From Octopus bimaculoides (Eukaryota): DNA of 43,473 nt. Positions 26,110-37,877 of the stretch are shown one piece after another. Numbering within the stretch: the first letter of the stretch is position 1; every line of letters begins with the position of its first letter. Under the pieces are notes generated by a model. That model was given only the letters and a program-made list of their open reading frames with translations. It did no database searches and was not told where the DNA came from. Both the position numbers and the translations under genes were made by a program. Where the stretch lies: positions 74,345,442 to 74,388,914 of the forward strand of contig NC_068986.1 in the NCBI RefSeq assembly GCF_001194135.2. The letters are read 5' to 3'.

Positions 26110-26548
26110 AATAATAATAAATGCACCCTTTTAAAACCTAACCAGGCTCATGGACCCCGTTTCCTGGTTTCAATGGCGTATGTGTTTCCCAGGTGGACAG
26201 GACACCAGTCCATCACAGCGTTACTCATTTTTGCCAGCTGAGTGGACTGGAGCAACGTGAAATGAAGTGTTTTGCTCAAGAACACAACGCGTCGCCCGGT
26301 CCAGGAATCGAAACCACAATCTCACGATCATGGTTCTGACACTCTAACCACTAGGCCACGTGCCTCCACATAAACATGATTAGGCTGCAGCAAAACTTAA
26401 ATGTAAAACCCAAACTTTACAAAAATGAAATGATTAAAAAAAGTTATAAAATAACTGAAAAGTAACAATATTGTTTTATTGTGTTCTTGCATCAAATGCC
26501 TTATGATCATGGTGCTGATACCCTAACCACAAAGCCACACGCCTCCAC
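26110..26548 (-). mobile_element. Family D SINE preceded by a second partial tRNA head, both inside one candidate TSD
   Basis: Full copy at 26111-26367 (A box tggcctagtgg, B box ggtttcgattcc) and partial head at about 26490-26548; tgttgactgtaa at 26098-26109 and 26549-26560. Confidence 0.7.
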
Positions 26549-27559
26549 TGTTGACTGTAACCTTGAAGATATTGTAAGGTAACAGAATTGAGTCGTTGTC
26601 TGTTTTTTTCAGAAATAACATGGTGGTTTGGTTGTCTATTTTGAGTGTTGATTGGTAGGTTAACTATACCTCAGATGGTAAACCTGCTAAAGGATGATAA
26701 CAGGAGATGAGAGAGAGGGAGAGAGAGAGAGAGGGGGGGAGAGAGAACATGTTGACTGTGATTGTGGTGAAATGTAATGTATTAATTATAATGTGTGGCA
26801 TGGAACTGTTTTGCTTTTGAAATGAGTGGATTCTGTGCTGGTGATATTTTTTGTTGTTTTTCTGTCTTTTGCTGGAAGACGGGGAGTGTGGACTGGGTGG
26901 GGGTGGAGGGAAATAGGAAGAGGAGGGAGAAGAGGAGATAGTAGAAGGTGTGGAGAGGAGGTGAATAGAAGTGAATGGAGAGAGAAAAGAAAATGAAAAA
27001 CCTGAGGGAGAGAAAAGAAGGTGATAAATAATGAGGGGTAATTAGAAAGCATGTAAAAATGAGTGAGAGAGGCAATTGAAAGGAGAGAAGAAAGAGGTAT
27101 GAAGGAAAGAAGAAAGAGGTATGAAGGAAAGAAGAAAGAGAGGGAGAGAGAGAGAGACTAGGTGGTACTAGTGAGAAATTTTTAAAATAACTGATTAAAA
27201 ACATTGGAATATTCACAACACACACACACATAACATACACACATATGTGCATACATACATATACACACACTTAATGTATAAGCATATATGCATACATACA
27301 AGCACAAACACATATACACGCACAACACACACACTCACACACACACAATGTACATGCACATGCATGCACACACACACACACACACATGCATACATTACAT
27401 CCAACAACTGTTTCACCTTAATTTGGCAATATTGAAAGAGAAACTTCGCAAGTATTTTAATGACTATAAAATGTACTTTAAGATTTTTGTTTTGTCTGAC
27501 ATATTTTTTTAAAATTTAATCATCTTTGTTGTACACAATAGAGATCATTGATTATTTTC

Positions 27560-27905
27560 TTAACTTCCACAATGAGGTCATTGATTATTTCTAAACTTCC
27601 ACAATAGAGGTCATGGATTCTTTACAAATTTCCACAATGGTCATCATAAATAACTTCCACAACGAGGTCATTCATTGGTTCTTTATTAATTTCCACAATG
27701 GAGGACATTGGTTCTTTATTAACTTCTACATTGGTGGCCATCAATCCTTTGATAAATTCCACTGCAGAGGTAATTAATTCTTCACAAACTTCCACAATGG
27801 GTGAGGGAGTGTCATTGATTTCTTTTCACCAATGTCCACAATGGGAGCATTAATTCCGTGATAACCTCCACAATGGGGGAATTAATTCATTGATAACTTC
27901 CACAA
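27560..27905. repeat. Degenerate minisatellite, about 32-bp unit with core aacttccacaatg
   Basis: About ten diverged units visible. Confidence 0.8.
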
Positions 27906-27908
27906 CAA

Positions 27909-27992
27909 TGTGTGGTAATCTTTGATTATCAGTAATCTGTGTGGTAATCTTTGATTATCAGTAATCTGTGTGGTAATCTTTGATCATCAGTA
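27909..27992. repeat. 29-bp tandem repeat, about 3 copies
   Basis: tgtgtggtaatctttgattatcagtaatc starts at 27909, 27938 and 27967. Confidence 0.9.
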
Positions 27993-28639
27993 TTCTCAAT
28001 CAATACTGAATAAGAATGTAATGCTCGAAGAATTTAACCAAAACATAAAAGAAAGAAAACACTAACAACACAGATGGGTATACAGCCTTTGAACTCCTCA
28101 CCCCACCACAACAAATGATATATATATATAATGCCACTACACACATTCCATTAATACAAGAGCACCAACCTTAAAGATACACACATTTCCCATAAACTTT
28201 TTCCCAGAAAACTCTTGCTGACTTGCAACACCCCAAAGAGATAGTGTTTTTTTGGTACCAAGGGACAAAACTCTTAACTTAACCCTTACTCAGTTCGTTT
28301 CATCGTCTTTTTCATGGCAACCACAAACTAGATGTATCTGTTCATCTCCAAAAACAGAGAACAGTCACTATATTTCATTCCATAACTGCCATCTCTGAAG
28401 AGCACAGGGTTACATAATCAGACCCTTACCTAACACTCCGTTGAATCCCTGTTGCAAAATCAATTGGTAAGATCAGCCGTAATGAATATACAATACTGTA
28501 CACTTCAATTAATATGCCCACTCTACAGACAGATAAACAAATGCATTTTTTCCTGACTAATGAATTCTTAGACAGCTTATGTATACATACATACGTACAC
28601 ACACACACACACACACATATATACATATAAAACTTAAAT

Positions 28640-29100
28640 AAAACTTAGATTTGTTTCGACCAAAGATTGGTCCAGGCCATGTCTCACCTAATAGCACCAC
28701 CTGATAGGATTATCTAAATCCTTTTTACAGTCAAGTTTTGTTTATCGTCCATTCAAGTAGTGAGTTCTTATTGAGTGAGTTGTATCCAGGTATGGGTGGC
28801 TTGTCTGGTATTCTTTGGAGAAAGCCGTTTAAAGCTGATAGGATCCTTTTCCTCTTTTATCTGCTTCGGGACAATGTTAAACAGGGCAGGGCCTGTTGAG
28901 GAAAAGAAATTATGCTGCAATGTACCTATATGTTGTGATTCTGAATTGGGCAGGGAACGTATGGCTCATGGTCCCAGCCTTGGATGAACCTTGAAACTAA
29001 TGTTCAGGTCGTTTGGGCAATGCTGGCGGTATATTTTCCACATCGTATAAATGATGTACTGCTCGTGGCGGCACTGGAGAGAGTAGAGCTTCAAGGCTAT
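28640..29100 (-). mobile_element. CR1-clade-like LINE 3' fragment
   Basis: Minus strand LKLYSLQCRHEQYIIYTMWKIY...HPRLGP*...IGTLQHNFFSSTGPALFNIVPKQIK...FKR matches the recalled LxLYSLQRRRERY...GPRLFNxLP...FK C-terminus. Confidence 0.7.
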
Positions 29101-29900
29101 ATATATATATATATATATATACATACATAATACAAATAATATATGAGTATATGCATATATATGTACATGTATGTACATACCTACATCTACATGTATATAT
29201 AGATGCCTATCTGGGTACAGGATGTTGCAAAAAAACGTGGACAAAATGATAAACAGAGTACAGAAAACACACAGGCNNNNNNNNNNNNNNNNNNNNNNNN
29301 NNNNNNNNNNNNNNNNNNNNNNNNNNNNNNNNNNNNNNNNNNNNNNNNNNNNNNNNNNNNNNNNNNNNNNNNNNNNNNNNNNNNNNNNNNNNNNNNNNNN
29401 NNNNNNNNNNNNNNNNNNNNNNNNNNNNNNNNNNNNNNNNNNNNNNNNNNNNNNNNNNNNNNNNNNNNNNNNNNNNNNNNNNNNNNNNNNNNNNNNNNNN
29501 NNNNNNATATATATATATATATATATATATAGAGTTATATGTACGTATGTATATGCATGCATGTATGGATGTATGGATGTATGGATGTATGCATATTATT
29601 AATAATCAGAAGTTTAAGAGTAACCTGAAGACCAAGAGTTTCATGTGATGATGCTTTAAATACCAACGCATGAAACATTTGGCCCTCGAGTCACTCTGAC
29701 TTTTGCTGATTATGAATAAAATATATATACTCATGCTTTGAGTTCTATTTTTCCTGCTTGCATCACACACACATACACTCACAAATTTCCCACACACACA
29801 CACACACATATAAAATGGTAAATTTGTGAGTGTATGTGTGTGATGATGATATCATCATCACAATTAATATTGTTGTTGTTTCACTTCTACTTATCATCAC

Positions 29901-29944
<44 letters not shown>

Positions 29945-30954
29945 ACATCGTTATTATTTATCAATAGAGTAGCTAAGTCTTTAAAGTGCTAAACAACTAA
30001 TCTAATTATCTGCCTTTCAAACTCTGCTATTGCAACAAGTATATTGTACCTCCAGCTAAAGTATGCATAAATCAATGATATACAAAATATATGTATTTTC
30101 GTAGTCACTCCAGGTATTTATCAAATGGTATCCATGTGTATTATGTGAAGATATGCATCTATCTATCTATCTATCTATCTATCTGTCTATCTATCTATCT
30201 ATCTATCTATCTATTTACATATANNNNNNNNNNNNNNNNNNNNNNNNNNNNNNNNNNNNNNNNNNNNNNNNNNNNNNNNNNNNNNNNNNNNNNNNNNNNN
30301 NNNNNNNNNNNNNNNNNNNNNNNNNNNNNNNNNNNNNNNNNNNNNNNNNNNNNNNNNNNNNNNNNNNNNNNNNNNNNNNNNNNNNNNNNNNNNNNNNNNN
30401 NNNNNNNNNNNNNNNNNNNNNNNNNNNNNNNNNNNNNNNNNNNNNNNNNNNNNNNNNNNNNNNNNNNNNNNNNNNNNNNNNNNNNNNNNNNNNNNNNNNN
30501 NNNNNNNNNNNNNNNNNNNNNNNNNNNNNNNNNNNNNNNNNNNNNNNNNNNNNNNNNNNNNNNNNNNNNNNNNNNNNNNNNNNNNNNNNNNNNNNNNNNN
30601 NNNNNNNNNNNNNNNNNNNNNNNNNNNNNNNNNNNNNNNNNNNNNNNNNNNNNNNNNNNNNNNNNNNNNNNNNNNNNNNNNNNNNNNNNNNNNNNNNNNN
30701 NNNNNNNNNNNNNNNNNNNNNNNNNNNNNNNNNNNNNNNNNNNNNNNNNNNNNNNNNNNNNNNNNNNNNNNNNNNNNNNNNNNNNNNNNNNNNNNNNNNN
30801 NNNNNNNNNNNNNNNNNNNNNNNNNNNNNNNNNNNNNNNNNNNNNNNNNNNNNNNNNNNNNNNNNNNNNNNNNNNNNNNNNNNNNNNNNNNNNNNNNNNN
30901 NNNNNNNNNNNNNNNNNNNNNNNNNNNNNNNNNNNNNNNNNNNNNNNNTCTATA

Positions 30955-31110
30955 TAAGATATGTTTAATGGTGATGTAATTATACAATAGATGTTTACTG
31001 GTAATGTAGTTACATAATAGATGTTTATTAGTTTATCTACATAATAGATGTTTATTGGTGCTGTGTCTATTTAATAGCTGTTTACTAGTGATGTAGTTAT
31101 ATAATAGATA
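30955..31110. repeat. Degenerate minisatellite, about 30-bp unit with core ataatagatgtttact
   Basis: About five units; one more unit resumes at about 31570, after the family C SINE. Confidence 0.75.
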
Positions 31111-31135
31111 TCTTTGGCAAAATAAGTATACTCTC

Positions 31136-31559
31136 TACTCTTTTACTCTTTTACTTGTTTCTTGTTTCAGTCATTTGACTGCGGCCATGCTGGAGCACTG
31201 CCTTTAGTCAAGCAAATCGACCCCAGGACTTATTCTTTGGATGCCTAGTACTTATTCTATCGGTCACTTTTGCCAAACCGCTAAGTTACGGGGACATAAA
31301 CACACCAGCGTCGGTTATCAAGTGATGTTGGGGGGACAAACACAGACACGCAAGCATATACACACACATACATATATATATATATATACATATATACGAC
31401 GAGCCTCTTTCAGTTTCCGTCTACCAAATCCACTCACAAGGCTTTAGTCGGCCCGAGGCTATAGTAGAAGACACTCGCCCAAGGTGCCATGCAGTGGGAA
31501 TGAACCCGGAACCATGTAGTTGGTAAGCAAGCTACTTACCACACAGCCACTCCTGCACC
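31136..31559 (-). mobile_element. Near full-length SINE family C
   Basis: Reverse complement of 14170-14618 including head and tail. Confidence 0.85.
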
Positions 31560-31829
31560 TATATAGGTATATAATAGATGTTTACTGACATTGTAGCAAT
31601 ATTATGTTTATCATTATGTAATAACTATTTTCAATATGATAAATGTTTTTCTCAGTTTGGGGATAGAGCTGGTATATATCCAGTCTAGTGACAGAGCTGA
31701 TAAACAGGTCAGTATCATGACAGGGCCACTTGTGAACTGACTGTGCTCCCTTGGTCAGCCCTAGTCCGGAGGACCAGTAATTAAAGTCATCTAACCAGGA
31801 CCATCACTTCATCTTTTCAAATATGAAAT

Positions 31830-32180
31830 ATCAGAAACTATATTATTCAGTGTGTACCTCCATCTTAAGATGGTTAGGTGTGATTTGGTTGCTATTTCTA
31901 GTTACTGTTTTAGAGTTGTATGGGAGGTCATTAGTAGAAGTGTGCTTCCTGAGGAGCTTGCTGTTGACATGTAGACTATTGTTCTCTTCACTTTTCAGCA
32001 CTGAGTTCATGTATCTATTTTTGCTGCTGTTGTTTAGAAAGGGCAGTCTGAGAGAGACTATACAGCATTCAAATGCAGTCTGTACTAATTTCAAGCCTCT
32101 ACTGCCTTCATTTCTTCTGAGATTCAGCCTATTAATATCACTATTTTTGTAGAGATTTCCAGTTGATGACAGTATCTTGC
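31830..32180 (-). mobile_element. RLE-type retrotransposon fragment (post-RT thumb region)
   Basis: Minus strand KILSSTGNLYKNSDINRLNLRRNEGSRGLKLVQTAFECCIVSL resembles the SDIDRLYxPRKEGGRGL motif of R4-like elements. Confidence 0.7.
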
Positions 32181-32208
32181 ATATCTATGTATGTATGTAT
32201 CTATGTAT

Positions 32209-32773
32209 TGAGTTTTATTTTGAGGTTTCTTGCCAATAGAGAATGAGCTGGTTTCTAACCTAGATCCAAGGCTCCTTCATTGGAGTTTCAACATCAACAA
32301 CAGGATATTTTTGTATGTATGTGTGTATACATGGAGATTTGTATGTTTTGTTTTAGGTATGTCTTCTCTTGCATATATATCCATATCTAGACATGCTCAT
32401 ATATACTTAAAAGATAAACTTGTGGAAAGTTTTGTAGATTTTAACAGTTTCAGTGATAGCTTGAATCAGCTTTCTCACTTGTGGTTTTGAGAAGCCTAAT
32501 TTCTCAAGATTGGTGTTTAGGCAGTGTGTTACATATCCCAGTACCCCAATAATTAAAGGCATAAACCTGAACTTGTAGTCTGGATAGAGTAACTGCAGAT
32601 TTCTCAATAGATCAGTGTAGGTATTTTCTTTTATGTTGATCTTCAGCCTTATGTTAACATCTGCTGGGCAGCTGAATTTTACAACTGTACAAAATTTCTC
32701 TTTGCTGTCCCAAACCATTATGTCAGGTCTATTGTGCTTACAATTTTTTGAGGTTTTCACTGGGACATTCCAG
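32209..32773 (-). mobile_element. 5'-truncated R4-like RLE retrotransposon (endonuclease domain plus 3' UTR) inside a (TACA)n tract
   Basis: Translates WNVPVKTSKNCKHNRPDIMVWD...FSCPADVNI..KINIKENTY...PLIIGVLG, a PD-(D/E)xK restriction-like endonuclease. (TATG)n lies at 32180-32208 and from 32774. Confidence 0.8.
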
Positions 32774-32994
32774 TATGTATGTATGTATGTACGTACGTAT
32801 GTATGTATGCGTGTGTGTATGTATGTATGCTTGTGTGTATGTATGTATGTGCGTATGTATTATGCATGTATGTATGTGTGTGTGTGTGCATGTGAGCATT
32901 CATGTATGTATGCATGTATGTATGTATGCATGCATGCATGTGTTTACGTTTCTTTATCTTGACATTGTGCGATAGTTGTAAGTGATTGTCACTG

Positions 32995-33125
32995 TCTACT
33001 GAGGTTGACTTTGCCTATCATCCTTTCGGGGTTGATAAAATAAGTACCAGTTGAGCACTGGGGTGGATGTAATCGATTTGTGTTCTCTCCCAAATTTCAG
33101 GCCTTGTGCCTATAGTAGAAAAAAT
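32995..33125 (+). mobile_element. Partial SINE family B ending about 30 nt before the third exon
   Basis: gaggttgactttgcctatcatcctttcgggg...aatttcaggccttgtgcctatagtagaaa. Confidence 0.8.
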
Positions 33126-33156
33126 TATTTAAACAATGCATTTTTTCCATTGGCAG

Positions 33157-33298
33157 GTTATATTTCAAAAGTACTAGTCGATATGAAACAGAAAAGGAAA
33201 AACTGCTGTTGGCATATCAAATCAATGAGGAAATTGTACAGGGTCGATTCCCTTTGAATAGGGATTTGGCTGTAGAATTAGCATCATTAATGGCACAG
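33157..33298 (+). CDS. PLEKHH1: Internal coding exon, PLEKHH1/2-like FERM domain
   Basis: ttttttccattggcag acceptor and CAG|gtaaag donor; 142 nt, phase 2-0 (AG+G = Arg). Translates LYFKSTSRYETEKEKLLLAYQINEEIVQGRFPLNRDLAVELASLMAQ, matching recalled LYF...GRFPINKELALEMAALMAQ. Confidence 0.93.
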
Positions 33299-33408
33299 GT
33301 AAAGCAATTTTGATATTTATTTGATTCTTTCATAATCTTCTTCCTTTTGTTTTTCAGTTTCTGCTATTGTATTTTTCACCTGTTTGTTGTATTAATTTGA
33401 AATATTAA

Positions 33409-33580
33409 AGTTGCAGGCATGGCTATGTGGTTAAGAAGCTTGATTTCCAACCCCATGTGGTCTTGGGTTCAGCCCCACAGTGTGGTACTCTGGGCGAGTG
33501 CCTTCTACCATAGCCACAAACTGACCAAAGCCTTGTGAAGGGATTTGGTAGACAGAAACTGAAAGAAGCCCATCATATGA

Positions 33581-33616
<36 letters not shown>
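33409..33616 (+). mobile_element. 5' half of SINE family C
   Basis: Head gcaggcatggctatgtggttaagaagc through to the internal (TA)n. Confidence 0.75.
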
Positions 33617-33618
<2 letters not shown>

Positions 33619-33725
33619 TTTAATCGTTTAACGTCCGCTTTCCATGCTAGCAAACAAATTCCTTCACTGGGGTGTAAAACATCCAATTCACTGGTATGTG
33701 AGTTGAATACCACAGAAATAGGGGT

Positions 33726-33975
33726 CATCATCATCATCATCATCGTTTAACGTCCGCTTTCCATGCTAGCATGGGCTGGACGATTTGACTGAGGACTGGT
33801 GAACCAGATGGCTACACCAGGCTCCAGTCTGATTTGGCAGAGTTTCTACAGCTGGATGCCCTTCCTAACGCCAACCACTCCAAGAGTGTAGTGGATGCTT
33901 TTACGTGCCACCGGCACGAAGGCCAGTCAGGAGGTACTGGCAACAGCTACTCTCGAAATGGTGTATTTTATGTAC
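33726..33975 (-). mobile_element. RTE LINE 3' UTR copy
   Basis: Near-identical to 42592-42830. Related tails at about 34540-34830 (tail-to-tail pair) and 38920-39064(+). Confidence 0.85.
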
Positions 33976-35239
33976 AAAATACAAACAATAAATTAAATAG
34001 AGAAATGCAATTGATAATCTAACAATTTATTCATATTATATGATATACTATACTATAAATATAATAAAATATAATATAAGGTAATATAAAAAATTATTAA
34101 AAAACCAAAAAAGCCAACAATTTGTTTCAACTTATATACATTATTTGATTTATAAACATTTCATATCCATGTTTACAAGTCCCTTCAGGGTTTTGATTCA
34201 AAAAGACAGATGAAATTCAATGTAAAAGAACTGCCAGATTGCAAAATACTGATTTAAAATACCAATGTTTAGGAGTGTGGGCGTTAACTTTTCAAATACA
34301 TAACAAGTGCCATAAAAGAACAAAATTATAATGGACAAAATAATTATGTAAAGAAAATTTATGTATGTATTGTATGTGTGTGCGTGTGTGTGTTTGTGTA
34401 TGCTCTTGCATAGACATAATCTGATGACTATGAGCTCCGGCATCATACGGGTGATGTTGTTCATTTCCAGTCTTCCATGAAAAACATGTCTAGCTAAGGG
34501 TAAATATCAAAATATTATCTTGCTTGAAAGCAAGTGTGGGTTGGTAACAGAAAGGACATCTGGGCATTGCAAAAATGTGTCTCGTCAAAGTCCATCTGAC
34601 TCATGCAAGCATGGAAAATCATCATCATCATTTAGCATCCATTTTCCATGCTGGCATGGGTTGAACAGTCTGACAGGAACTGGCAAGCTGGAGAGCTGCA
34701 CCAGGCTCCAATTATCTGTTTTGGCATGGTTTCTATGGTTGGATGCCCTACTTAATGCCAACCTCATTACAAAGTGTATGGGGTGCTTTTTATGTAGCAT
34801 CAGCACAGGTGCTTTTTATGTGGTCCCAAATGATGATGATGATGATGATGATACAAAAGGGATTTAACAGGAGTTTTATATATATATATATGTCGACACT
34901 ACAAATGTTTCAGCATTCTTACAAGTCAACTGAATATTGTAAGAAAGTATGCTACCCAGAACGCTGTAGGAGTGAAGATATAAAACATGTGGAAACCAAA
35001 TAAACTTTTTTATATTCTGATAACCTGGTAACACAGGCTATATTAGAATGGGAAGTCAATGATTGAATGTCATGGATTAGATCCAGGGCACTCCACCCAG
35101 ACATCTTCAGGTGGTTCATAAAAAATAACTTACTATATCACTAAAGTTTGTATATTTATATGTATCCCTCCCTCTCTCTCCCCCTTTCTTTGTTTGTATA
35201 GTGTGCTTATATGTGTGTATGTATTTAAGCCATAAATGT

Positions 35240-37260
35240 CTTGTACTCTTTTTTGTATATGCCTAAGTCCCTTGGCTACTGGAGACCATTACAATTAGTC
35301 TTTATATATTCATTCGTTAGTCTTGTGGAATATTTCTCATCCAGGCTGATATGCATCCTTCTATACCAGCAATCTTGTCTCTTAGACACTTCATTTGATA
35401 CCTTTGTACCTACTTTTTCTCTCAGTTCATTTGTACTCTGTGGTTTATTTACATTAATATCACACACATAGGTTTGGGAACAGGGGATGCAAGTGCACCC
35501 CCCAAAACTTTTGGTGGGCAATGAAAACGCTTTGAACACCTTCCTGAAAAATGTCATCAATAAAACAAATGAGTGTAGGAGCATTTTTAGACTGAACTGA
35601 AACATTATTTTTCCATTACTGAATTTATCTGATTTGATTCATATACAAACATACATTTTGGATCTGGGTTTACACCCACTAAGCAGATTTTGTTCCTGCA
35701 TTTATGATTACACATTCAGCGAAGAATGATCTTTCTCTTCATTTCTTCCCAGCCTTCACACATACTCTACATTTGGTGTCCATGTTTTTCTACTAAACAG
35801 AATCACATCTTATACACAAACATCATAGAATATGCCCTTAACTTGGATAGAAAGTTCACCTGCAGACATAATGTCCCTGAACTTTTCCAGCCTATTCCTA
35901 TTCTAGCTATTACATATGCTTTTGGAATAATTCCATTGTTACTTAGGTTGCCTTGCAAATAGAAGCTATCAACTACTACAGGGAGCCTTTCAGGTTGTTG
36001 AAAACCTTTAACTCTTGGATGTTTTTATTGCTGTCTATTCCTGTACACTTGCTGCCTACAAACCCTTATTCTCTTACGGCCTGTGATCCCACTGCATCTC
36101 TTGTACAGATATAATTTAAATTGGATGTACAATGCAGACTTCCTATAAATATATTTACTGACTAGCAAGCATGGTCTCTTACCACATAGCAGTAGATTTC
36201 TGTCTTCTTGCCCATTAACAAAAATTTTTGTCATTGCTAGGTTTACTCTGTTCCCTTTCAATTATACTCTATGCTTCCATATTTAGAATTTTTTACTTTA
36301 TGTTATTGACATTCAGCTACAAAAAGTAAGTCATTAGCTTATAGGAGTTCTTACTGAGGCAAGATCTTAAACTCCTCTTTTATGACCCACAGAACTTTAA
36401 CAAATAGGAGAAGGATGAGAATTGAGCCTTGATGCTTGCTTACTTATTGCTTATGACAGCACATCGAAAATTATGGCAGTGTCGATCCAAGACATTTATC
36501 CTCCTCACCTCCAGCACATTGTTTCTCATGGGAGCTGACATGGCTGACAAGACTGATGTGAGATTGGCAGATCCTGTGACACTGAGGACACTGAAAGTGA
36601 CCCTGAACAACAGTTTCAAGGTGTTTATGATGACATCTCCTCCTCCCTTCATGTAATCTCCTGTGTTCGGTTTCAAAGCACTCTGCCTCAGTATCCCACA
36701 TGGACCTCCATGTCTTCCAGTTAACAGCCAGGGCCTCCAACTAATTGAGAGGGACACTGCTTAAAATGAAAGATTGCTTGAGAGTCCTGATGGACACCTA
36801 CTTGTGCATAAAACTCCTTGCTAACTCTCACCTTGCTGACAGCATCTCTGAACATGGCTTGCTCAGCTCTCATAAAACCACTCATCTACATTTCATTTTC
36901 CTAGCCAGACTACAGAGCAGAGGAACCTGTCAAACACTATCTTCAGATCAATATATATGAGCCACAGTGTTTGCACTTTGCTAAAAAACTTTCCTTTAGA
37001 TGTCTCTCTCTAGGAGTGCACCAATGGCGCCTAGATGGAGTATAACCTTAAACAGCATCTCATTTAAGTTTTTTGTTTATAAATTGAGCTATACTTTATT
37101 TATTTATTTATTTTGTTATTTTCATAACTTTTTGCATCAATTTGATTCCTCTGTAGTTCCTTCTGTCTCCAGCATCTTTGTCCTTGTAGCTGCAACTGCT
37201 GTTGATACTGATACACCAGCCATTCAGAATGGCCCCTTCCTGATTGAGTATCTTGGTGAC
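35240..37260 (-). mobile_element. Old degenerate RTE LINE spanning the RT domain
   Basis: Collinear minus-strand pieces: DAGDRRNYRGIKLMQKVMK (about 37120-37260), QAMFRDAVSKVRVSKEFYAQVGVHQ (about 36790-36870), HQGSILILLLF...EEFK..ELL.ANDL (about 36330-36434), GNRVNLAMTK...KRCSGITGR, VVDSF..G...RIGW, and VNKPQSTNELREK. Confidence 0.75.
36435..36785 (-). mobile_element. 3' fragment of a second RTE (BovB-like) lineage nested in the older RTE
   Basis: TLKQS...LEALAVNWKTWRS...FE...CPQCHRICQSHISLVSHVSSH (C-terminal CCHH finger), a (TAAG)-like tail, and candidate TSD catcagg / catcaagg. Confidence 0.7.
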
Positions 37261-37845
37261 TAGTAACCTACGTTACTGGATATTTTCAGTGAAAATATAT
37301 GAGCATATATTCAGAAGTGTGTGTGTATGTGTATGGAGAGAGAGAGAGAGAGAGAGAGNNNNNNNNNNAGAGATTGTTAGATAGTTATGCTTATAAATAT
37401 ACATACAGATGTGTATATATATATATGTGTATGTTTATTACATGTGTTTTTGAAATGATGTGATATATGTTTTCGTTTGTGTATATGTTTGTACAACAAT
37501 CTGATACAAAAATTCAAATGAAATAAGTAAACAAATGAATAAAGAAAACATTAATGAAACAAACAAAACAAAGAAGGAAAAATATGGCAGTGCTTCAGCA
37601 TGTATGATTTAATGGTTTCAACTTATAGAATCATAAAGAAAATCTTTTCCTTTTCCTTTATTTTCTTCACATTGTAAGCTTCCTGCTTGTCAATATTGGT
37701 AATCCAATATGGCATCAAGGAAAATGTATTTGTTGCTGGATGTGCAGCAAGTTGAGTTTTATACAGTAACCAGAGATGCTTGAGTTTGTGCGTGTGTATG
37801 TTTAAATAAAGTGATATTCTGTATTATTATCATTATTATTATTAA

Positions 37846-37877
<32 letters not shown>

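Noticed and set aside
27560-27992. CRISPR-like or C2H2 zinc-finger-like periodicity
   Set aside because: No unique spacers and a eukaryotic context. The period of about 32 nt shifts frame each unit and is not the 84-nt zinc-finger repeat.
34421-34470. CTGATGA followed by a small hairpin
   Set aside because: No GAAA or stem III, so it is not a hammerhead.
37240-37262. IEYLGD as a candidate next exon (expected V/IE(Y/F)GD)
   Set aside because: Immediate stop codon, and the sequence is explained as RTE RT on the minus strand. No downstream exon was found in the window.
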